Below are positions 1 through 8,479 of a stretch of DNA of 64,000 nt, piece after piece (positions within the stretch are counted from its first letter, which is position 1; every line of letters begins with the position of its first letter). The notes beneath the pieces were generated by a model. That model worked only from the letters and a program-made list of their open reading frames with translations. It was not told the DNA's origin and searched no databases. The translations under genes were made by a program, and so were the position numbers. The stretch comes from Fibrobacterales bacterium. GTDB lineage: Bacteria > Fibrobacterota > Fibrobacteria > Fibrobacterales > JAOPTW01. The stretch is from assembly GCA_051532055.1 (NCBI GenBank), contig JAOPTX010000038.1:21471-85470 (forward strand), read 5' to 3'.

Positions 1-2
1 TA

Positions 3-2303
3 ATTAACAACTGGTATGGAGATACTGATAGTATTGGATTTGACGGAGAATTGATTTCTGTTGGACGATCGATGGAGCTATCTGCTGAACATGTGGGATA
101 TTATCTTTATGGAGTTGTATTATGTAAAGACTACTTCGGTGATATAGTTGCAGATACAACACTTTACACTGATTCAGTAGCGAAATTGAATAGTGCGCCA
201 ATAATCGATTCAGGTACAATATTACATGGTACTCTTAATGAAGATGATACTATCAGTGGTCTACTTACTGCGATAGACGTAGATGATGATTTAATTCAAT
301 GGATGTTAGCTGATAGTACTTCGCATGGCACTGTTACGTTTATGGGTACTTTGAATGAAGCAAAGTATAACTATGTGCCTTTTCAACATTATAATGGAGT
401 GGATTCTGCAAAGGTTGTTGCTTTTGCTGGCATTCATAGTGATACCATTGTATTAGCATTTACTGTAAACCCAATAAATGATTTGCCTTTGATTTATGTA
501 GATTCCGTCATTACAGGGGGGGCTTTATTCGATAGTGATCTATCAGTTCAAGTAACCTGTACGGATAATATTGATAGCATTCAATCACCTCTAGAAGTAA
601 GGTATCAATGGTTTTCAGACAGAGATACACTGAACTATGATGGGGGATTAGTTTCAACTGATTCGGTTTTAACTGTTGTGGACTCACTTGCTCTCAGCTA
701 TTTTTATTTGATCACCCAGTGTATTGATGAGGATAACAGTGTGGTTCAGGATACAAGCCTATATAGCAATCGACTTATCCCTCAAAACTCTTCAGCAACT
801 ACACAGAAAACTATGCATTTTGATGGAGTTGATGACATCATTGATTTAGACCCATTAAACCCTGATGTTGATGATGGCCTAACATTCGAGTTTTTGGTTT
901 TTCTCGACTCATTCCATACTGGTACAGTGTTAACGCTATCTGAGGATGGGCAAGCGGTTGATTTATCAATTGGCGTTTCTCACGATTCATTAAAGGTTGA
1001 AATTGGATCTAATATATTTAGTATACAGGAATTTTTCATTGAAGAACACTGGACCCATGTAGCGATATCAGTTGGTTCAGGAGTGGGGAATAATATCCAT
1101 TTTTATAAAAATGGAATGTTAATTGAGAAGGGTACCGTTCCAGCCCTTATTACAAATGCATTTGGAGTTTGTAAAATGGGAGCTTCACTACAAAATGTAG
1201 ATAATTTAAGTGGAACACTTGAAAATGTGAAAATATGGGAAAGTGTGCGAACCCGAACTGAAATTAAAGACAATATATTTAACGAAAATATTAATCATTC
1301 AGATCTATACATTGGGTGGAGTTTTGATAATACAAGTACATTTTTTATTCAAAGTACTCAGGGAGAGCACTATGGATCAATGGAGGGAACAAGTGCCACA
1401 AGAAGAGATGCTATTAAAAGGAATATTGTGAGTGTGGTTCCAAATTCAGAAATTACAATAACTATTAATGGTGATACAATAGATGTTGCAACGGACTTTG
1501 AACTTGCAGAAACTATGCTATTGAATCTTAGGGCCTTTCCAGGGATTAGGTATAACTTTGTCCGTTGGATTACTTCAAAGGCATCTGTAATTTTTGAAGG
1601 AGGGGGGCAAGGAGATTCTCTGATGAATACTGACCTTTCTATAAGTGAAGCTTCTGAATTAAGTGTAGATATAGAACGATATACTCTGGCTGATACTCGA
1701 AATAGTGTAACTATGGCTTATCATTATATTGTTATGGATAGTACAGCTTGGATGGCGGAAAACCTAAAATATTTACCAGAGGTATTTGGTACTGATCAAT
1801 ATTCTGGTATTGAACCACGATTTTATGTGTACGGTTATTCTGGTATAGTAGTTGCAAATGCGCTTCTAAATACAAACTATGACAAATATGGCGTATTATA
1901 TAATTGGAAAGCAGCAAATGATAATGTATGTCCTTTAGGTTGGAGACTTCCAACTAATGAGGATTGGACAAAGTTACTCGAAGGAGTAAATGATATGTAT
2001 CCGTCAGAAAATGAAAGTGAAGTGCTCAGAGAAAATTGGAGCACCTATTGGGAAAATGACAAGGGAAAGGATTCCATTTTGTTTGGAGCACGCGGTGGAG
2101 GCATGTTGTCTGCAGTGGGTACCCCCGCTCAAGCTCTTTTTGAATACAATAGACAAAAATCCTTTTGGTGGAGTTCGGATGTTGTATTGGGTACTTTAGA
2201 CTCAGGCTGGTCCTGGGCTCTAAGCGATGTAAGTACTTCTGTGGAAAATATTCTTCAGGGAAGGGAGGATGCTCTTTCGATTCGTTGTGTACAGGATTTG
2301 TAG
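3..2303 (+). CDS. Large secreted/surface protein, 5'-truncated by the window edge: Ig/cadherin-like repeats, LamG-like jellyroll, C-terminal FISUMP (Fibrobacter succinogenes major paralogous) domain
   Basis: Frame is open from position 3 (INNWYGDTDS...), so the true start lies upstream. Cadherin/Big_9-like 'NEDDTISGLLTAIDVD...NYVPFQHYNGVDS...VNPINDLP'; LamG 'FDGVDDII...WTHVAIS...FYKNG...VKIWESVRT'; FISUMP 'WMAENL...YGVLYNWKAA...CPLGWRLPT...SIRCVQD'. Confidence 0.85.
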   Translation: MNNWYGDTDSIGFDGELISVGRSMELSAEHVGYYLYGVVLCKDYFGDIVADTTLYTDSVAKLNSAPIIDSGTILHGTLNEDDTISGLLTAIDVDDDLIQWMLADSTSHGTVTFMGTLNEAKYNYVPFQHYNGVDSAKVVAFAGIHSDTIVLAFTVNPINDLPLIYVDSVITGGALFDSDLSVQVTCTDNIDSIQSPLEVRYQWFSDRDTLNYDGGLVSTDSVLTVVDSLALSYFYLITQCIDEDNSVVQDTSLYSNRLIPQNSSATTQKTMHFDGVDDIIDLDPLNPDVDDGLTFEFLVFLDSFHTGTVLTLSEDGQAVDLSIGVSHDSLKVEIGSNIFSIQEFFIEEHWTHVAISVGSGVGNNIHFYKNGMLIEKGTVPALITNAFGVCKMGASLQNVDNLSGTLENVKIWESVRTRTEIKDNIFNENINHSDLYIGWSFDNTSTFFIQSTQGEHYGSMEGTSATRRDAIKRNIVSVVPNSEITITINGDTIDVATDFELAETMLLNLRAFPGIRYNFVRWITSKASVIFEGGGQGDSLMNTDLSISEASELSVDIERYTLADTRNSVTMAYHYIVMDSTAWMAENLKYLPEVFGTDQYSGIEPRFYVYGYSGIVVANALLNTNYDKYGVLYNWKAANDNVCPLGWRLPTNEDWTKLLEGVNDMYPSENESEVLRENWSTYWENDKGKDSILFGARGGGMLSAVGTPAQALFEYNRQKSFWWSSDVVLGTLDSGWSWALSDVSTSVENILQGREDALSIRCVQDL

Positions 2304-2519
2304 CTGGCATCTGAATCAATTGATTGTTTATAAATAATAAGGTGTATGGCTATTTACAATAGCTATACAAATAACTATAAATTCTAAATAATAATGTTTG
2401 AGAATGCAGATTATTAGATGAAAGTTTAATCTATTTGTTTTGGAGATCATTTTTAGATATATTATTATCTCAATAGGGCGAAAATTTCAATGAAAATAGA
2501 AAGCAAAGAGGTATAGTTC

Positions 2520-5021
2520 ATGGTATCAGTTTTTCAGATATGCGTTGTTTTGGTATGTATACTCTTGATGTTCTGTTCGCGTACAGAAAACACACTTGGT
2601 TTAGATGAGTCCCAAGAAGTGTCGGGTGAGGTATTAGAGGGAACCGTTGAATCTCTGAAGGATACCATACTTCTTTTAGAAGAGCAAAAGGCTCGCGCTG
2701 TAGATTCTTTGGTAATTGCAACATATGATGTTGAAATAGGTAGAATACAAGAGCAAGTAGTCAATATTACTCGTGCAAAAGCCTATGAAGAAGAAAGCTC
2801 ACTTTCCATTGCACGATCAAATTATGCTTATTTATTGGCACAGGGTGCGACCGGAGATACATTACTTCTGGCTCAAGAGCTTGTTTCTCAACTTGAGTCT
2901 CTTTCTGATTCTTTGCAAAGAGAATTAGAAAGTTTAACGGTAAAGTATGGAGATATAGCTTTAAAAGACCCATCCCATACAATGAGCTCATCCAGTACTA
3001 CCCCGTCGAGTAGCTTCACGCAGGGAAGTGTAAATAGCTCTAGTGTAATAGAAGGGGGATCTTCAGGTCAACAACCAGGGATAAGTTTTGCGCCACTCAA
3101 TACTCCGCCTGTTATCGATCAGGGAGACCAGGTAGCGGTAACAGTCTCCGAAGATGGTTCTCCAAAAGCATTTGAATTGTTGCTGACAGCCACAGATGTT
3201 GAACAGTTTGAGCTTTCATGGGAGGTAGTAAGTCATCCTTCTTTTGGGGTACTGTCTCTTGAAAAAGATGCAAAACAAGTATTGGTAGACTATCAACCTG
3301 CACCTAATCATGCTGGAGTGGTGACATTTGTAATGACTGTAAGTGATAGTGAATTAAGTGATACCATAACGGTGACAGTGACAATTGAGCCAGAGAATGA
3401 TAGGCCAATATACTTGGGTGAGGCGATATTAGTAGGTACAACAGTTGAAAACGAAATACTATCTATTGATCAGGGAGGTGCATGTACCGATAGTGCAGAT
3501 GGTGGTATTTTGCCTATAGTGTCATATATTTGGTATAAAGATAGTGATAACTCTGAGTATAATGGTATTGCGCAGGTCTCTTCAAATAAACAGAAACAAT
3601 TGAGTAATGATGATATTGATTTTTATTTTTATGGTATAGTTGCTTGTACGGATACACATGGGGCTGCGGTGTATGATACAACTGATTATAGCGCACAAAT
3701 TGTTCCTGCACAAGCTGGTACGGGCCCCCGAGCGTTACAATTTAAAGAGGTGAATGATTTTATTGCTCTTCCGGAAATGACTTTAGAAGTGAGTGACGGG
3801 TTTACTTTTGAAGCGTTAGTGTATTGGGATAAAAATAGTCCAAATAAAGATGGAACGCTCATGGAATTTTCTGATACGAGCGGATTAAACAAATTAGTAC
3901 TCAAGCGATCACAGGATAAGATACATTTTGTCTCATCATTGGGAGCTGGTGCATCTCTATTGAAATCACATAAAGGTTTTGTAGAAGAAGGCCATTGGAC
4001 TCATGTTGCAGTCACTGTGAAAAATGATGGAACCGCTACATTATATAAAAATGGATTCGCAGATAAAAGTGAAACGTTTTTAATAATGGCAAATAATGTT
4101 TCTCGAACTAAAAATGTTCTTGGGAATAGTGTAGAAGGAGGGAATGCTCATTTGGGGCTCCTTGATAATGTTCATATATGGGAGAGGGTTCTAACGCCAG
4201 CCGAAATACAGCAAAGACTGACACAACAAGTCCAAGGGACTGAAACTGGCTTAAAGGCCGCATGGAATTTTAACTCAATTTCAGGTAAGACCCTTTATGA
4301 TATCAGCCTTACCTATAATGGAATAGTGACAAACATGACCGATGATCAATGGGTTGAGTCCTATGAGGTTAAGACTGTTACTATTGAAACAACAGGGGGG
4401 GGCATTACTAATGTTACAGGAGCTGTTTCAGTTGCAAAAACAATGAAATTCCCAATTACTATAGAAGCAAATGAGGGATATTTATTGGATCAATGGTCTG
4501 TAATCTCAGGAGAGGCAGAAATTGGGGATAAAACTCAGAATGTAACGTGGGTATCGGCTTCAGAGAATGACGCTGTTATATCGGCCTCCTTTACCCGAGA
4601 TACCATTCATGTTGAATTCGAAGAAAATTTTAGTTCACAGCCTGACCCACAGGGGCTGCAGTATGAAGATGCACATGGGTCAGTTGGTTTTATTAATAAT
4701 TCAGGTCAGCGTCTCTTATTTTCAAGGAATTTAGTAGCGGGTAAATATGCTATTCGTGTTCAATATTCTGCCTGGACGTGGGTACCTATGTTTCAACCGA
4801 AGAAGGTTCAGTTCGCATTTACTCAGTCAGGTCAAAATATTGTATTCCCACCCCATCAACAGTGTATGTTAAAAACCAATACTAATAATTATTATAATTG
4901 GACCACGAGCGATGACGGGTATCTCATTGTGAATCAATCTGGTGAGTATATGTTAGTGACAGAATTTTGGCTCGACGATTATAATGTTGATTGGTTTGAA
5001 CTTATTCCTGTTGATGAATAG
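2520..5021 (+). CDS. Probable surface lipoprotein: helical N-domain, Ser-rich linker, cadherin-like, Ig-like, LamG, InlB-B-repeat-like and C-terminal CBM6/CBM35-like domains
   Basis: RBS GAGG; hydrophobic N-terminus ending LMFC; 'NTPPVI...SEDG...DYQPAPNHAG...SDSELSDT'; LamG 'WTHVAVTV...LYKNG...DNVHIWERVLT'; 'ANEGYLLDQWS'; C-terminal 'HVEFEE...GKYAIRVQYS...NVDWFEL'. Confidence 0.8.
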   Translation: MVSVFQICVVLVCILLMFCSRTENTLGLDESQEVSGEVLEGTVESLKDTILLLEEQKARAVDSLVIATYDVEIGRIQEQVVNITRAKAYEEESSLSIARSNYAYLLAQGATGDTLLLAQELVSQLESLSDSLQRELESLTVKYGDIALKDPSHTMSSSSTTPSSSFTQGSVNSSSVIEGGSSGQQPGISFAPLNTPPVIDQGDQVAVTVSEDGSPKAFELLLTATDVEQFELSWEVVSHPSFGVLSLEKDAKQVLVDYQPAPNHAGVVTFVMTVSDSELSDTITVTVTIEPENDRPIYLGEAILVGTTVENEILSIDQGGACTDSADGGILPIVSYIWYKDSDNSEYNGIAQVSSNKQKQLSNDDIDFYFYGIVACTDTHGAAVYDTTDYSAQIVPAQAGTGPRALQFKEVNDFIALPEMTLEVSDGFTFEALVYWDKNSPNKDGTLMEFSDTSGLNKLVLKRSQDKIHFVSSLGAGASLLKSHKGFVEEGHWTHVAVTVKNDGTATLYKNGFADKSETFLIMANNVSRTKNVLGNSVEGGNAHLGLLDNVHIWERVLTPAEIQQRLTQQVQGTETGLKAAWNFNSISGKTLYDISLTYNGIVTNMTDDQWVESYEVKTVTIETTGGGITNVTGAVSVAKTMKFPITIEANEGYLLDQWSVISGEAEIGDKTQNVTWVSASENDAVISASFTRDTIHVEFEENFSSQPDPQGLQYEDAHGSVGFINNSGQRLLFSRNLVAGKYAIRVQYSAWTWVPMFQPKKVQFAFTQSGQNIVFPPHQQCMLKTNTNNYYNWTTSDDGYLIVNQSGEYMLVTEFWLDDYNVDWFELIPVDE

Positions 5022-5208
5022 GGTATATTTACAGTTTAAGTAATTGTAAATTTTAATACACAGAGTGCTGAAAGGGGCCTGTCCTGATGAGGGTGGGTTG
5101 TTATCTTCAACTACACTATTGAAACTCCTGCTATATAAAATATATTAAGGGCAAACGAGGGCTCGTTTGTTGTAGTTTCCCATAGCTATGGGAATTTTGG
5201 AGATAGAA

Positions 5209-7428
5209 ATGCATTGGCATGTTAAAAAAGTAATAGTATTCATTTGTGTTTTATTGTGTATTGGTTGTGGGTCAAATGATGTTACTGATATACAGGTTGA
5301 ATCTGTTGCATCTTCTGCGCAGAGTGAAATGAGCTCGTCTGGAGTTATACACACTTTTATGGATACTCTAAATGCATTTACAGCGTTACATGATACCGTT
5401 ATTGCTTTAGACTCTTTGATTTCTGCGGTTGGGGCGTTAGATTCATTAGTTGAAGTGCGTGAAGAATTTGCAACACGCTTAGTAACTGAAGTGGATGCTT
5501 TTTTACAACTACAAGATAGCCTCAAAATAGTAGGACAAACAGAATTAGATTATCAGATAAATACAGGAGGACCTGCTTTTGACCAGGGGGTGGCCCAAAT
5601 GATAATAATTAAAGCAGATGAAAAGATTGGGAAGTTAAGTTGGCTCAATGAGGTAGTTCATGCTGATGGTTTTATCGAGAAATATGGGGCTATTACCATT
5701 CCCCCGATTTCAGAAGAGACTACTCAACCTGAACCAGGATTGAGTAGTGCCCTCCTGCTTTCATCATTAGAATCTACACAATTATCAAGCAGTATTGACC
5801 TTTCATCTTCGTCAGTAGATAGTACCCCCATCGAAGATAGTATTGTCGGAGATTCAATGGTAAATAACGCCCCACAATTTACTAATGCAGCAGAAGCATT
5901 CATTTCAGTAAAACCTGGTTCGGAAATAATTATTGATATGCTTGGGAGCGATCTTGATGGAGATTCAATTTGGGGAGTAGCTGTTGAAGGCAATATGCCA
6001 AGTCAGGGTACACTGGTATTTGATGATGGTATTGGGGTGTTTACCCCTCATATTGGATTTCGAGGAGAAGAGGCTTTTAGCGTGGCATTAAATGATGGGA
6101 ATGGTGGCATCGCTGAGAAGAATATAGTCGTATTGATACTTCCTGATCATATACCACAAAATAATGCAATTGTATTTGATGGCCTTGATGATAGAGTTTC
6201 ACTCCCTTTGACGAGCATAGACTTTTCAACTGGAGTAACCATTAACTTATGGGTTAAATGGCCTGATGTTAAGGATTCTGGAACAATCTTTGAGCTGGTA
6301 ACCATTGACAGTACTCATGTTGGTCTGTACAGTGAAGGCTCTAGTAATAAACAAGTACGGCTCGAAATCAATAATTTAAATACCAGCAACGAGTTAATTT
6401 CCAATATTGATGCAGTGAGATATGGAGAATGGACACATCTATCGGTGATCTTTAATGGTGGTGGAGGCGCGGCTATCTATTGTAATGGACAGCTTTGGGG
6501 TTTTAAAGACCTTATAGTGCCTCGTGGTGGTGAGATTCGATCGTTTTCTATTGGAGGTAGTGTCATCTATTCTGATCAATTTTTTAGTGGGAGTATTGAT
6601 GAGGTCACTATGTGGAATAGCATTTTAAGTCAGGAAAGTATTGCTCAATCACAATTTGACACGGTGTCTGAAGCACCATTACTCTATGTGCCTTTTGAAG
6701 AAAGTGAACCACTTATATCTGTCAATGAGAAAATTTCAGACACATATGGCACGTTAGTTAATATGGAAGGTACAGAGTGGACCACGTCTTTTACGGGTCC
6801 AGAAACACTCACGGTATCAGCAACGGAATATGGTAGTGTTGATAATGCAGGCCTCTATCAGGTAGTTCATGGGCAGGAGAAAACTTTTATAGCAGTTCCC
6901 AATGATGATGACTTTTTTGATCAGTGGGTGGTTGTAAAAGGTTCACTTGTGTTGCCTGATAGTTCTGAGCCGGAAATTACTGTGTCAGTTTCAGAAGCAA
7001 CCCATATAGAGGCTCGGTTTATTGATTTTATCACTGATACCGTTACTATTGAGTTTGAGGAAAATATTGATGAGCAAGCAAATAGGGGTAACCTTACGGT
7101 AGCAACAGAATCTGGCGTGACTTATGTTCGTCCTAGCAATCAGTGGTATACGTTTTACTGGTCAAATGTACCCTTGTTGGTTGGTGAATATAAGGTTGTA
7201 TGCAGGGCCTCATTGGGGAGCGATTCGGATGTTCTGCTTCGTTATGCATATGATGATAAATGGACACCTGATTTCAAAAAAACAGGACTCTATAAGAGTT
7301 CTACAGAGTTTCAAGAGTTTGATATTGGCTCAATTTCTGTAAAAAAGGAGGGATCTGCATCCCTTCAATTAACTGTTGGAAGCCTAAACCTAAACTTGGA
7401 TTGGTTTAAACTAGTGAAAATGGAGTAG
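5209..7428 (+). CDS. Surface lipoprotein paralogous to 2520..5021: Ser-rich linker, cadherin-like, LamG, B-repeat-like and CBM6-like domains
   Basis: GGAG RBS precedes ATG 5209, preferred over 5188. Lipobox-like 'LCIGC'; LamG 'FDGLDDRV...WTHLSV...IDEVTMWN'; C-terminal 'TIEFEE...NLDWFKL'. Confidence 0.8.
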   Translation: MHWHVKKVIVFICVLLCIGCGSNDVTDIQVESVASSAQSEMSSSGVIHTFMDTLNAFTALHDTVIALDSLISAVGALDSLVEVREEFATRLVTEVDAFLQLQDSLKIVGQTELDYQINTGGPAFDQGVAQMIIIKADEKIGKLSWLNEVVHADGFIEKYGAITIPPISEETTQPEPGLSSALLLSSLESTQLSSSIDLSSSSVDSTPIEDSIVGDSMVNNAPQFTNAAEAFISVKPGSEIIIDMLGSDLDGDSIWGVAVEGNMPSQGTLVFDDGIGVFTPHIGFRGEEAFSVALNDGNGGIAEKNIVVLILPDHIPQNNAIVFDGLDDRVSLPLTSIDFSTGVTINLWVKWPDVKDSGTIFELVTIDSTHVGLYSEGSSNKQVRLEINNLNTSNELISNIDAVRYGEWTHLSVIFNGGGGAAIYCNGQLWGFKDLIVPRGGEIRSFSIGGSVIYSDQFFSGSIDEVTMWNSILSQESIAQSQFDTVSEAPLLYVPFEESEPLISVNEKISDTYGTLVNMEGTEWTTSFTGPETLTVSATEYGSVDNAGLYQVVHGQEKTFIAVPNDDDFFDQWVVVKGSLVLPDSSEPEITVSVSEATHIEARFIDFITDTVTIEFEENIDEQANRGNLTVATESGVTYVRPSNQWYTFYWSNVPLLVGEYKVVCRASLGSDSDVLLRYAYDDKWTPDFKKTGLYKSSTEFQEFDIGSISVKKEGSASLQLTVGSLNLNLDWFKLVKME

Positions 7429-7636
7429 ACGTCTATTGTAAAAAAACAGGTTACAAAAGGCGTGTTTCTATTTTTTCCCAATATTTTGATTGTTTTTCGG
7501 TATACTCACTCCATTAGTTTCCAATATTAGATATTAGGCATCTTAAGCAATTGGGGCCTTGGTTGTGATGAGGGCAGAGATCTGCTCATATTTTGAGTGA
7601 AATTCCTATATTGATTACTCTGTTTCGGAAAAGATT

Positions 7637-8470
7637 ATGATACGACTACTAATCATTTTCTCAGTATTAGCACAAATTTGTGCTGCTCAGGTGCGCCCTA
7701 AGGTTGCGGTTCTCGACTTTTTCAGTTATGACAATGGTAAACGACGTGTTTTAACACATATAGCTGACCTTATTGAAGATGAATTAAAGCAGAGAAATCG
7801 CTTTTCTGTTGTTGGCCGTAATCAATTTGATGGTATACTTGTAGATAACAATATTGGTTCTCTTAGATATTGTGATTCACTACAATGTGTAATGCAATCA
7901 GGAATGATGTATAAGGCAGAGAAAGTTGTGAGCGGCACTGTTCGTAAAGATGGCCCCCTTCACGTACTCTCTATTGAGCTGATTGATGTTAAAACAGGAT
8001 TTCCAGATTACATGTTTGAAGTACAAGTCAATGGGCCTCTTGCAAAAGCAGAGAATGTTGGATCTATGAAAATTGCAGCTCAGCTTAGCTCCTTCATGGA
8101 CCAACACGATATAAGCTCGGTACAAAAAGGAAAGTCGGTTAAGGAAATTGAACTTGAAGTAGGAAGTACTATTGACTTACGAGTGAAGAACTCTAGAACG
8201 ACAGAAAAAAGTAGACTTCTTCAGGTTGGATTGTTTGCTTTGGCCAGTATTGCTGGGGGGAGTGGACTCTGGTATGAACTTAAAGTTTACAACGACTTTG
8301 AAAAATATAAAAAACAGAGTAAAAGTAAAGAAAATGATACTCAGTGGATCAATGAAGATGAGCAAAAATATTGGGATAGAATGGGTAATAATTCTTTAAA
8401 AAGAAATGTTTTCTATGGGCTAGCCGGTGCATTTTTATTTATGGGTATAACGTATACCATTGCGTTTTAA
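7637..8470 (+). CDS. Exported protein with TolB-N/CsgG-like alpha/beta domain and a C-terminal hydrophobic helical hairpin
   Basis: Signal peptide; 'KVAVLDF...FSVVGR...CDSLQC...VVSGTV...IELIDVKTG'; two C-terminal Gly-rich hydrophobic helices ending in Phe. Confidence 0.6.
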   Translation: MIRLLIIFSVLAQICAAQVRPKVAVLDFFSYDNGKRRVLTHIADLIEDELKQRNRFSVVGRNQFDGILVDNNIGSLRYCDSLQCVMQSGMMYKAEKVVSGTVRKDGPLHVLSIELIDVKTGFPDYMFEVQVNGPLAKAENVGSMKIAAQLSSFMDQHDISSVQKGKSVKEIELEVGSTIDLRVKNSRTTEKSRLLQVGLFALASIAGGSGLWYELKVYNDFEKYKKQSKSKENDTQWINEDEQKYWDRMGNNSLKRNVFYGLAGAFLFMGITYTIAF

Positions 8471-8479
8471 GGGGGGCAT

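Noticed and set aside
5061..5130. Hammerhead-ribozyme-like CTGATGA...GAAA core
   Set aside because: Stem I cannot form, the base of stem II is poorly paired, and the would-be cleavage triplet is GUG rather than NUH.
5149..5170. GGGCAAAC resembling the start of a c-di-GMP-I riboswitch
   Set aside because: It is a simple hairpin (GCAAACGAG/CTCGTTTGT) lacking the GNRA loop, GACGCAAAG and second stem.
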